This document shows positions 25,169 through 38,482 of a DNA stretch of 64,000 nt, in pieces. The notes under the pieces were generated by a model. That model saw nothing but the letters and a program-made list of their open reading frames with translations, was not told the origin of the DNA and did not search any database. Within the stretch, counting starts at the first letter, position 1. Every line of letters starts with the position of its first letter. Origin of the DNA: Veleropilina oligotropha (taxonomy: Eukaryota); the NCBI GenBank assembly GCA_048128005.1, contig JBEUKZ010000123.1, positions 124,001-188,000 on the forward strand, in the 5' to 3' direction. The position numbers were made by a program, and so were the translations under genes.

Positions 25169-27932
25169 TAAAGCTGCTAGCAGCTGTATAGGGCTCCAAG
25201 TTATATTCCTGGATATTCTAATTTTTTTAGAATTTTTGTAAATTTTTTAAAAAAAATTAAAAAAAATTGAAAGTTTTTAGATCGAATTTTTTTATTATTT
25301 CCATTCAAAATATCTAAGCTAGTTGGCCATTTCGTGACCATTTTCTGGCAAAAATAGGGCGTTTTTCTTAATTAGGTCATTTACTGCAATGTAGGTCAAA
25401 GGTCAAGGTCACATGTGAAAGATGAACCATGACTTCCCATAGGCTCCCCATAGTAACTATGTGTCTGCGGTGCATCCTTTTTGATATATTGCCACTTGAA
25501 ACAAATGCTTTAATGGCCGCCGAGGCACTTCCTGTTTTTCGACTTTATCACGTAAATTTGATAAATGTCGACTACAGACATCAATAGTAGTTCACTTCAA
25601 CCACTATGGGCACACATGTATGCATTTTTCCTTAATTAGGTCATTTCCTGCAATGTAGGTCAACTGAGGTCAAAGGTCAAGGTCACATGTGAAAGATGAA
25701 CCATGACTTCCCATAGGCTCCCCATAGTAACTATGTGTCTGCGGTGCATCCTTTTTGATATATTGCCACTTGAAACAAATGCTTTAATGGCCGCCGAGTC
25801 ACTTCCTGTTTTTCGATTTTATCACGTAAATTTGATAAATGTCGACTACAGACATCAATAGTAGTTCACTTCAACCACTATGGGCACACATGTATGCATT
25901 TTTCCTTAATTAGGTCATTTCCTGCAATGTAGGTCACCTGAGGTCAAAGGTCAAGGTCATTTTCGAAAGCCCACCCATGACTTCCCATAGGCTCCCCATA
26001 GTAACCATGGGTCTACGTTGCATCATTTCCAAGATATAGCCATTTTAAATTGATTTCACTATGGCCGCCGGTTAAATTAAAAATTCAAAAATCCACTCTC
26101 ATGACATTTTTGACAAGCGACTCTGGCATCCGAATATACTAATCATGTCGCTCTAGGTTAAATATTAACAAAGTTATAAAAGAAGCTAGTTTATGACGTA
26201 ATCCAAGATGGCCGACAAACCGACGCGGTCATGTGACTCAAAAAGTTGTATGCATCAATTCGGCTATAGTAGTAACTATATGGCAACTTACAACTATGCA
26301 GCTATAGCAGTTTAGGCGCTAGGACTGACACAACTTCTGAACTATAATAATAATAATAAGAAGAATAAAAATAATTAAAGCTGCTAGCAGCTGTGCAGGG
26401 CTTCAAGTTAGAGCCATGTTATCGCATTAATTAGTTGAACACAAAACACACCTAAAATTTTTAGATTTTTTTTAAATTTTATTTAAATTTAAAAAAAAAA
26501 AAAGTTTTTCGATTTTTTTTATTATTTCCACTCAAAATATCTAAGCTCTAGCATCAATATTAACCGAGTTGGCCATTTCGTGACCATTTTCTGGCAAAAA
26601 TAGGGCGTTCCCCTTAATTAGGTCATTTACTGCAATGTAGGTCAACTGAGGTCAAAGGTCAAGGTCACATGTGAAAGATGAACCATGACTTCCCATAGGC
26701 TCCCCATAGTAACTATGTGTCTGCGGTGCATCCTTTTTGATATATTGCCACTTGAAACAAATGCTTTAATGGCCGGCGAGGCACTTCCTGTTTTTCGATT
26801 TTATCACGTAAATTTGATAAATGGCGACTACAGACATCAATAGTAGTTCTCTTGAACCACTATGGGCACACATGTATGCATTTTTCCTTAATTAGGTAAT
26901 TTCCTGCAATGTAGGTCACCTGAGGTCGAAGGTCAAGGTCATTTTCGAAAGCCCACCCATGACTTCCCATAGGCTCCCCATAGTAACCATGGGTCTACGT
27001 TGCATCATTTCCACGATATAGCCATTTTAAATTGATTTCAGTATGGCTGAAAATTTAAAATGTTCAAATGGAGATATCTCGAAAAGTACGTGGCGTACGA
27101 ACCTGAAATTTGCGGCATTCGATTCAGAATTATAATATAAATATAAAAAAATGAAGAAAAATATTTTTTGTAAAAGTTTAAATTTTTTTAAATTTAAAAA
27201 AAAAATTAATGAAATATTTTTTTCATTTTATAATGTGCATATGGCCACTCTGAATCGAATGGCCAGTAGTTTCATAATTCTACGCCCAGTAGTTCTCGAG
27301 ATCTGGCCATTTTAAAAATTATTTTGGCGGCCATTTTGTTTTTTTTGTTCGAAAATTTTTTTTGACCTAATTTAAAATATCTAAGCTCTAGGATCAGTTT
27401 TAACCTAGTTAGCCCCTTTTATGACCATTTTCTATGGCCCAAATAGGCAAACTAAGATTTTTCCTTAATTAGGTCATTTAGAGCAATGTAGGTCATCTGA
27501 GGTCAAAGGTCAAGGTGGATTTGGAATACCCACCCATGACTTCCCATAGGCTCCCTATAGTACCCATGTCTCTAATTCCATTATTTAAATTTTTTTTTAA
27601 ATTATTTCAATTTGTAAAATTTTAATTCAAAATTGCCGCCGGCTAAAGTCGAAATTCAAAAATCCGCTCTTATATCACTCTAGACAATAAGTGCTGGTAT
27701 ATAAATATGTAAATCATGCAGCTCCGGGTTCATTATTAACAAAGTTATTCCAGGGTTTGATATTATGACGTAATTCAAGATGGCCGCCAGACTACTAGCG
27801 CCACCTATCTGATAAACCGCGCCACACAACTTCAGTATGGTATGATCATAGATGATGACTAACAATTAAGCAGCTATAGCGGTTATTGAGCTACGGCCGA
27901 CACAAAATCGTCCGGAATAATAATAATAAGAA

Positions 27933-30900
27933 TTAAAGCTGCGAGCAGCTGTGAGGGCTTCAATCAGATAAACGAAATAAAAAAAAGACGTAAAATACAA
28001 AAAAATAAAAAAGTTTAATTTAAAAAAAAAAAAATTACAAAAAATACTAAATGTAAAATTTTTTTTTTTATATTTTAAGATATACATATGGCCACTCTGA
28101 ATCGAATGCCGCCAATCTTAGATTTCTACGCCGTATAGTAGTTTTTAAATCTATTATCTTGTGCATTAACCTATGATGGAAATTAAGAAGTATCTATAAT
28201 AATGAATGCGCAACTGGACTGACCAACAGAATATCAATGTTTTCACCATATATTAACAGGTAATGAATCATGTAGCCTTCTGTTGGCTAAATGTTTACTT
28301 AAGCCTGATAGCAGAACTTCTGAAGGGCCTTGCTGTCCACTGGACAGGGTTGCTGCGCGGCTTTATGACACCTCAAAGAGGCAGGCTCATAAACTGCCTA
28401 CTTCATCTGGTAAGGCAATTAGCACTGAGCTGGTCGCGCCGACATGAGACGAGGAATTAAAATAGTATTTTTTAAACAATGAAAGTACTTATTGTATTCT
28501 TGTCACAATTCTCTAATATAACGATCTTTATATAGTATATTTTATGCGAAAATCTGGAAGAAAAAGGACGATTTTTAGAGGCGCTATGAAGCAATATTCA
28601 TCTAAAAAAACTAAGTCTAATAAAAGCTGCTAGCAGCTGTATAGGGCTCCAAGTTATATTCCTGGATATTCTAAAAATTTTAGGATTTTTTCAAATTTTT
28701 TTAAAATTTTTTAAAAAAAATTGAAAGTTTTTAGATCGAATTTTAATATTATTTCCATTCAAAATATCTAAGCTCTAGCATCAATATTAACCGAGTTGGC
28801 CATTTCGTGACCATTTTCTGGAAAAAATAGGGCGTTTTCCTTAATTAGGTCATATACTGCAATGTAGGTCAACTGAGGTCAAAGGTCAAGGTCACATGTG
28901 AACGATGAACCATGACTTCCCATAGGCTCCCCATAGTAACTATGTGTCTGCGGAGCATCCTTTTTGATATATTGCCACTTGAAACAAATGCTTTAATGGC
29001 CGCCGAGGCACTTCCTGTTTTTCGATTTTATCACGTAAATTTGATAAATGTCAACTACAGACATCAATAGTAGTTCACTTCAACCACTATGGGCACACAT
29101 GTATGCATTTTTCCTTAATTAGGTCATTTCCTGCAATGTAGGTCACCTGAGGTCAAAGGTCAAGGTCATTTTCGAAAGCCCACCCATGACTTCCCATAGG
29201 CTCCCCATAGTAACCATGGGTCTACGTTGCATCATTTCCAAGCTATAGCCATTTTAAATTGATTTCACTATGGCCGCCGGTTAAATTAAAAATTCAAAAA
29301 TCCACTCTCATGACATTTTTGACAAGCGACTCTGGCATCCGAATATACTAATCATGTCCCGCTAGGTTAAATATTAACAAAGTTATACAAGAAGCTAGTT
29401 TATGACGTAATCCAAGATGGCCGACAAACCGGCGCGGTCATGTGACTCAAAAAGTTGTATGCATCAATTCAGCTATAGTACTAACTATATGGCAACTTAC
29501 AACTATGCAGCTATAGCCGTTTTTGCGCTAAAGTGTTTACAAAAAACGTCAGAATAATAATAATAATTAAAGCTGCGAGCAGCTGTGAGGGCTTCAATCA
29601 GATAAACGAAATAAAAAAAAGACGTAAAATACAAAAAAATAAAAAAGTTTAATGTAAAAAAAAAAAAATTACAAAAAATACTAAATGTAAAAATTTTTTT
29701 TTTATATTTTAAGATATACATATGGCCACTCTGAATCGAATGCCGCCAATCTTAGATTTCTACGCCGTATAGTAGTTTTTAAATCTATTATCTTGTGCAT
29801 TAACCTATGATGGAAATTAAGAAGTATCTATAATAATGAATGCGCAACTGGACTGACCAACAGAATATCAATGTTTTCACCATATATTAACAGTTAATGA
29901 ATCATGTAGCCTTCTGTTGGCTAAATGTTTACTTAAGCCTGATAGCAGAACTTCTGAAGGGCCTTGCTGTCCACTGGACAGGGTTGCTGCGCGGCTTTAT
30001 GACACCTCAAAGAGGCAGGCTCATAAACTGCCTACTTCATCTGGTAAGGCAATTAGCACTGAGCTGGTCGCGCCGACATGAGACGAGGAATTAAAATAGT
30101 ATTTTTTAAACAATGAAAGTACTTATTGTATTCTTGTCACAATTCTCTAATATAACGATCTTTATATAGTATATTTTATGCGAAAATCTGGAAGAAAAAG
30201 GACGATTTTTAGAGGCGCTATGAAGCAATATTCATCTAAAAAAACTAAGTCTAATAAAAGCTGCTAGCAGCTGTATAGGGCTCCAAGTTATATTCCTGGA
30301 TATTCTAAAAATATTAGGATTTTTTCAATTTTTTTTAAAATTTTTAAAAAAAAATTGAAAGTTTTTAGATCGAATTTTTTTATTATTTCCATTCAAAATA
30401 TCTAAGCTCTAGCATCAATATTAACCGAGTTGGCCATTTCGTGACCATTTTCTGGAAAAAATAGGGCGTTTTCCTTAATTAGGTCATATACTGCAATGTA
30501 GGTCAACTGAGGTCAAAGGTCAAGGTCACATGTGAACGATGAACCATGACTTCCCATAGGCTCCCCATAGTAACTATGTGTCTGCGGAGCATCCTTTTTG
30601 ATATATTGCCACTTGAAACAAATGCTTTAATGGCCGCCGAGGCACTTCCTGTTTTTCGATTTTATCACGTAAATTTGATAAATGTCAACTACAGACATCA
30701 ATAGTAGTTCACTTCAACCACTATGGGCACACATGTATGCATTTTTCCTTAATTAGGTCATTTCCTGCAATGTAGGTCACCTGAGGTCAAAGGTCAAGGT
30801 CATTTTCGAAAGCCCACCCATGACTTCCCATAGGCTCCCCATAGTAACCATGGGTCTACGTTGCATCATTTCCAAGCTATAGCCATTTTAAATTGATTTC

Positions 30901-32896
30901 ACTATGGCCGCCGGTTAAATTAAAAATTCAAAAATCCACTCTCATGACATTTTTGACAAGCGACTCTGGCATCCGAATATACTAATCATGTCCCGCTAGG
31001 TTAAATATTAACAAAGTTATACAAGAAGCTAGTTTATGACGTAATCCAAGATGGCCGACAAACCGGCGCGGTCATGTGACTCAAAAAGTTGTATGCATCA
31101 ATTCAGCTATAGTACTAACTATATGGCAACTTACAACTATGCAGCTATAGCCGTTTTTGCGCTAAAGTGTTTACAAAAAACGTCAGAATAATAATAATAA
31201 TTAAAGCTGCGAGCAGCTGTGAGGGCTTCAATCAGATAAACGAAATAAAAAAAAGACGTAAAATACAAAAAAATAAAAAAGTTTAATTTAAAAAAAAAAA
31301 AATTACAAAAAATACTAAATGTAAAAAAAAATTTTTTATATTTTAAGATATACATATGGCCACTCTGAATCGAATGCCGCCAATCTTAGATTTCTACGCC
31401 GTATAGTAGTTTTTAAATCTATTATCTTGTGCATTAACCTATGATGGAAATTAAGAAGTATCTATAATAATGAATGCGCAACTGGACTGACCAACAGAAT
31501 ATCAATGTTTTCACCATATATTAACAGTTAATGAATCATGTAGCCTTCTGTTGGCTAAATGTTTACTTAAGCCTGATAGCAGAACTTCTGAAGGGCCTTG
31601 CTGTCCACTGGACAGGGTTGCTGCGCGGCTTTATGACACCTCAAAGAGGCAGGCTCATAAACTGCCTACTTCATCTGGTAAGGCAATTAGCACTGAGCTG
31701 GTCGCGCCGACATGAGACGAGGAATTAAAATAGTATTTTTTAAACAATGAAAGTACTTATTGTATTCTTGTCACAATTCTCTAATATAACGATCTTTATA
31801 TAGTATATTTTATGCGAAAATCTGGAAGAAAAAGGACGATTTTTAGAGGCGCTATGAAGCAATATTCATCTAAAAAAACTAAGTCTAATAAAAGCTGCTA
31901 GCAGCTGTATAGGGCTCCAAGTTATATTCCTGGATATTCTAAAAATGTTAGGATTTTTTCAATTTTTTTTAAAATTTTTAAAAAAAATTTGAAAGTTTTT
32001 AGATCGAATTTTTTTATTATTTCCATTCAAAATATCTAAGCTCTAGCATCAATATTAACCGAGTTGGCCATTTCGTGACCATTTTCTGGAAAAAATAGGG
32101 CGTTTTCCTTAATTAGGTCATATACTGCAATGTAGGTCAACTGTGGTCAAAGGTCAAGGTCACATGTGAACGATGAACCATGACTTCCCATAGGCTCCCC
32201 ATAGTAACTATGTGTCTGCGGAGCATCCTTTTTGATATATTGCCACTTGAAACAAATGCTTTAATGGCCGCCGAGGCACTTCCTGTTTTTCGATTTTATC
32301 ACGTAAATTTGATAAATGTCAACTACAGACATCAATAGTAGTTCACTTCAACCACTATGGGCACACATGTATGCATTTTTCCTTAATTGGGTCATTTCCT
32401 GCAATGTAGGTCACCTGAGGTCAAAGGTCAAGGTCATTTTCGAAAGCCCACCCATGACTTCCCATAGGCTCCCCATAGTAACCATGGGTCTACGTTGCAT
32501 CATTTCCAAGCTATAGCCATTTTAAATTGATTTCACTATGGCCGCCGGTTAAATTAAAAATTCAAAAATCCACTCTCATGACATTTTTGACAAGCGACTC
32601 TGGCATCCGAATATACTAATCATGTCCCGCTAGGTTAAATATTAACAAAGTTATACAAGAAGCTAGTTTATGACGTAATCCAAGATGGCCGACAAACCGG
32701 CGCGGTCATGTGACTCAAAAAGTTGTATGCATCAATTCAGCTATAGTACTAACTATATGGCAACTTACAACTATGCAGCTATAGCCGTTTTTCCGCTAAA
32801 GTGTTTACAAAAAACGTCAGAATAATAATAATAATAATAATAATAATTCTTTCAATTTCAATAGGGCTTCAAGCTTGAAAAGGCTTGAAGCCCTAA
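27933..32896 (-). repeat. Three near-identical 1634-bp composite units carrying a ~480-bp non-array cargo
   Basis: Tails at 27933, 29567 and 31201 and identical ORF-track entries at 28263, 29897 and 31531 all give a 1634-bp period. Confidence 0.92.
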
Positions 32897-35800
32897 TTAA
32901 AGCTGCTAGCAGCTGTATAGGGCTCCAAGTTATATTCCTGGATATTATAAAAATTTTAGAATTTTTTAATTTTTTTTTAAATTTGTAAAAAAAATTGAAA
33001 GTTTTTCGTAAACTTTTTTCCAATAAAATTATATTAATATATATATATAGGTCACTCTGAATGGAATGCCGTAAATTTGAGGTCTGTACGACACGTCGTT
33101 CTCGAGGTATGGCCTTTCAAGGAAATATGGCGGCCATTTTGCTTTTTTTAGATCGAATTTTTTTATTATTTCCATTCAAAATATCTAAGCTCTAGCATCA
33201 ATATTAACCGAGTTGGCCATTTCGTGACCATTTTCTGGCAAAAATAGGGCGTTTTCCTTAATTAGGTCATTTACTGCAATGTAGGTCAACAGAGGTCAAA
33301 GGTCAAGGTCACATGTGAAAGATGAACCATGACTTCCCATAGGCTCCCCATAGTAACTATGTGTCTGCGGTGCATCCGTTTTGATATATTGCCACTTGCA
33401 ACAAATGCTTTAATGGCCGCCGAGGCACTTCCTGTTTTCCGCTTTTATCACGTAAATTTGATAAATGTCGACTACAGACATCAATAGTAGTTCACTTCAA
33501 CCACTATGGGCACACATGTATGCATTTTTCCTTAATTAGGTCATATCCTGCAATGTAGGTCAACTGAGGTCAAAGGTCAAGGTCACATGTGAAAGATGAA
33601 CCATGACTTCCCATAGGCTCCCCATAGTAACTATGTGTCTGCGGTGCATCCTTTTTGATATATTGCCACTTGAAACAAATGCTTTAATGGCCGCCGAGGC
33701 ACTTCCTGTTTTTCGATTTTATCACGTAAATTTGATAAATGTCGACTACAGACATCAATAGTAGTTCACTTCAACCACTATGGGCACACATGTATGCATT
33801 TTTCCTTAATTAGGTCATTTACTGCAATGTAGGTCACCTGAGGTCAAAGGTCAAGGTCATTTTCGAAAGCCCACCCATGACTTCCCATAGGCTCCCCATA
33901 GTAACCATGGGTCTACGTTGCATCATTTCCAAGGTATAGCCATTTTAAATTGATTTCACTATGGCCGCCGGTTAAATTAAAAATTCAAAAATCCACTCTC
34001 ATGACATTTTTGACAAGCGACTCTGGCATCCGAATATACTAATCATGTCGCTCTAGGTTAAATATTAACAAAGTTATAAAAGCAGCTAGTTTATGACGTA
34101 ATCCAAGATGGCCGACAAACCGACGCGGTCATGTGACTCAAAAAGTTGTATGCATCAATTCAGCTACAGTACTAACTATATGGCAACTTACAACTATGCA
34201 GCTATAGCAGTTTAGGCGCTAGGACTGACACAACTTTCCCTGAATAATAATAATAATAATAAGAATAATAATAATTAAAGCTGCTAGCAGCTGTGCAGGG
34301 CTTCAAGTTAGAGCCAAGTTATCGCATTAATTAGTTGAACACAAAACACACCTAAATTTTTTAGAATTTTTTTAAATTTTAAATGTTTTTGAAAGTTTGA
34401 AATTGAAAGTTTTTCGATTTTTTTTATTATTTCCATTCAAAATATCTAAGCTCTAGCATCAATATTAACCGAGTTGGCCATTTCGTGACCATTTTCTGGC
34501 AAAAAAAGGGCGTTTCCCTTAATTAGGTCATTTACTGCAATGTAGGTCAACTGAGGTCAAAGGTCAATGTCACATGTGAAAGATGAACCATGACTTCCCA
34601 TAGGCTCCCCATAGTAAGTATGTGTCTGCGGTGCATACTTTTTGATATATTGCCACTTGAAATTTTATTTATTATTTTTTTTTTAAATTGAAAGTTTTTC
34701 GATTTGTTTTATTATTTCCATTCAAAATATCTAAGCTCTAGCATCAATATTAACCGAGTTGGCCATTTCGTGACCATTTTCTGGCAAAAATAGGGCGTTT
34801 CCCTTAATTAGGTCATTTACTGCAATGTAGGTCAACTGAGGTCAAAGGTCAAGGTCACATGTGAAAGATGAACCATGACTTCCCATAGGCTCCCCATAGT
34901 AACTATGTGTCTGCGGTGCATCCTTTTTGATATATTGCCACTTGAAACAAATGCTTTAATGGCTGGCGAGACACTTCCTGTTTTTCGATTTTATCACGTA
35001 AATTTGATAAATGTCGACTACAGACATCAATAGTAGTTCTCTTGAACCACTATGGGCACACATGTATGCATTTTTCCTTAATTAGGCCATTTCCTGCAAT
35101 GTAGGTCACCTGAGTCCAAAGGTCAAGGTCATTTTCGAAAGCCCACCCATGACTTCCCATAGGCTCCCCATAGTAACCATGGGTCTACGTTGCATCATTT
35201 CCAAGATTTAGCCATTTTAAATTGATTTCAGTATGGCCGCCGGTTAAATTTAAAATGTTCAAATGGAGATATCTCGAAAAGTACGTGGCGTACGAACCTG
35301 AAATTTGCGGCATTCGATTCAGAATTATAATATAAATATACAAAAATGAAGAAAAATAATTTTGTAAAAGTTTAATTTTTTTTAAATTTAAAAAAAAAAT
35401 TAATGAAATATTTTTTTCATTTTATAATATGCATATGGCCACTCTGAATCGAATGGCCAGTAGTTTCATGATTCTACGCCCAGTAGTTCTCGAGATCTGG
35501 CCATTTTACAAATTATTTTGGTGGCCATTTTGTTTTTTTGATCGAAAATTTTTTTTGACCTAATTTAAAATATCTAAGCTCTAGGATCAGTTTTAACCTA
35601 GTTAGCCCCTTTTATGACCATTTTCTATCGCCCAAATAGGCAAACTAAGATTTTTCCTTAATTAGGTCATTTAGAGCAATGTAGGTCATCTGAGGTCAAA
35701 GGTCAAGGTGGATTTGGAATACCCACCCATGACTTCCCATAACCTCCCTATAGTACCCATGTCTCTAATTCCATTATTTAAATTTTTTTTTAAATTATTT

Positions 35801-37234
35801 CAATTTGTAAAATTTTAATTCAAAATTGCCGCCGGCTAAAGTCGAAATTCAAAAATCCGCTCTTATATCACTCTAGACAATAAGCGCTGGTATATAAATA
35901 TGTAAATCATGCAGCTCCGGGTTCATTATTAACAAAGTTATTCCAGGGTTTGATATTATGACGTAATTCAAGATGGCCGCCAGACTACTAGCGCCACCTA
36001 TCTGATAAACCGCGCCACACAACTTCAGTATGGTATGATCATAGATGATGACTAACAATTAAGCAGCTATAGCGGTTATTGAGCTACGGCCGACACAAAA
36101 TCGTCCGGAATAATAATAATAATAATTAAAAAAACAATTAATGAAATATTTTTTTCATTTTATAATATGCATATGGCCACTCTGAATCGAATGGCCAGTA
36201 GTTTCATAATGCTACGCCCAGTAGTTCTCGAGATATGGCCATTTTAAAAATTATTTTGGCGGCCATTTTGTTTTTTTTGATCGAAATTTTGTTTTGACCT
36301 AATTTAAAATATCTACGCTGTAGGATCAGTCTACGCCCAGTAGTTCTCGAGATATGTCCATTTTAAAAATTATTTTGGCGGCCATTTTGTTTTTTTAATC
36401 GAAATATTTTTTTGACCTAATTTAAAATATCTAAGCTCTAGGATCAGTTTTAACCTAGTTAGCCCCTTTTATGACCAGATATGGCCATTTTAAAAATTAT
36501 TTTGGCGGCCATTTTGTTTTTTTTGATCGAAATTTTTTTTTGACCTAATTTAAAATATCTAAGCTGTAGGATCAGTCTACGCCCAGTAGTTCTCGAGATA
36601 TGGCCAATTTAAAAATTATTTTGGCGGCCATTTTGTTTTTTTTTAATCTAAATTTTGTTTTGACCTAATTTAAAATATCTAAGCTCTAGGATCAGTTTTA
36701 ACCTAGTTAGCCCCTTTTATGACCATTTTCTATGGTCCAAATAGGCAAACTAAGATTTTTCCTCAATTAGGTCATTTAGAGCAATGTAGGTCATCTGAGG
36801 TCAAAGGTCAAGGTGGATTTGGAATACCCACCCATGACTTCCCATAGGCTCCCTATAGTACCCATGTCTCTAATTTCATTATTTAACTTTTTTTTTAAAT
36901 TATTTAAATTTGTAAAATTTTAATTCAAAATTGCCGCCGGCTAAAGTCGAAATTCAAAAATCCGCTCTTATATCACTCTAGACAATAAGTGCTGGTATAT
37001 AAATATGTAAATCATGCAGCTCCGGGTTCATTATTGACAAAGTTATTCCAGGGTTTGATATTATGACGTAATTCAAGATGGCCGCCAGACTACTAGCGCC
37101 ACCTATCTGATAAACCGCGCCACACAACTTCAGTATGGTATGATCATAGATGATGACTAACAATTAAGCAGCTATAGCGGTAATTGAGCTACGGCCGCCA
37201 CAAAATCGTCCGGAATAATAATAATAATAATAAT

Positions 37235-37407
37235 AGAGATCGGAATAAAAACAATAGGTCTTCAAGCCTGAAGTGCTTGAAGCCCTAATAATAATAGAGA
37301 TCGGAATAAAAACAATAGGTCTTCAAGCCTGAAGTGCTTGAAGCCCTAATAATAGAGAACGGAATAAAAGCAATAGGTCTTCAAGCCTGAAGTGCTTGAA
37401 GCCCTAA
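37235..37407 (-). repeat. Stack of three element heads
   Basis: Three copies of AGAGAwCGGAATAAAArCAATAGGTCTTCAAGCCTGAAGTGCTTGAAGCCCTAA separated only by short AAT remnants. Confidence 0.9.
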
Positions 37408-38262
37408 TTAAAAATTATTTTGGCGTCCATTTTGTTTTTTTAATCGAATTTTTTTTTTGACCTAATTTAAAATATCTAAGCTCTAGGATCAGTTTTAACC
37501 TAGTTAGCCCCTTTTATGACCAGATATGGCCATTTTAAAAATTATTTTGGCGGCCATTTTGTTTTTTTTGATCAAAATTTTTTTTGACATAATTTAAAAT
37601 ATCTAAGCTGTAGGATCAGTCTACGCCCAGTAGTTCTCGAGATATGGCCATTTTAAAAATTATTTTGGCGGCCATTTTGTTTTTTTAATCGACCTAATTT
37701 AAAATATCTAAGCTCTAGGATCAGTTTTAACCTAGTTAGCCCCTTTTATGACCATTTTCTATGGTCCAAATAGGCAAACTAAGATTTTTCCTCAAATAGG
37801 TCATTTAGAGCAATGTAGGTCATCTGAGGTCAAAGGTCAAGGTGGATTTGGAATACCCACCCATGACTTCCCATAGGCTCCCTATAGTACCCATGTCTCT
37901 AATTCCATTATTTAAATTTTTTTTAAATTATTTCAATTTGTAAAATTTTAATTCAAAATTGCCGCCGGCTAAAGTCGAAATTCAAAAATCCGCTCTTATA
38001 TCACTCTAGACAATAAGTGCTGGTATATAAATATGTAAATCATGCAGCTCCGGGTTCATTATTAACAAAGTTATTCCAGGGTTTGATATTATGACGTAAT
38101 CCAAGATGGCCGCCAGACCACTAGCGCCACCTACCTGATAAACCGCGCCACACAACTTCAGTATGGTATGATCATAGATGATGACTAACAATTAAGCAGC
38201 TATAGCGGTTATTGAGCTACGTCCGCCACAAAATCGTCCGGAATAATAATAATAATAATAAT

Positions 38263-38482
38263 AGAGATCGGAATAAAAACAATAGGTCTTCAAGCCTGAA
38301 GTGCTTGAAGCCCTAAAAATAAATATAAAAACAATAGGTCTCCAAAAAAAAATTTTTGGAGCCCTAATAATAAAAATAAATATAAAAACAATAGGTCTCC
38401 AAAAAAAAATTTTTGGAGCCCTAATAATAGAGAACGGAATAAAAACAATAGGTCTTCAAGCCTGAAGTGCTTGAAGCCCTAA
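38263..38482 (-). repeat. Stack of four element heads of two subfamilies
   Basis: Order: CTTCAAG-type, CTCCAA-type, CTCCAA-type, CTTCAAG-type, each ending GCCCTAA. Confidence 0.9.

Noticed and set aside
28263..28460. 65-aa ORF MNHVAFCWL... in the cargo
   Set aside because: No recognisable motif or supported exon structure; its three copies reflect recent duplication only.
37235..38482. Short palindromic repeats that resemble a CRISPR array
   Set aside because: There are no unique spacers and no cas genes, and the context is a spliceosomal eukaryote. The repeats are stacked element termini.
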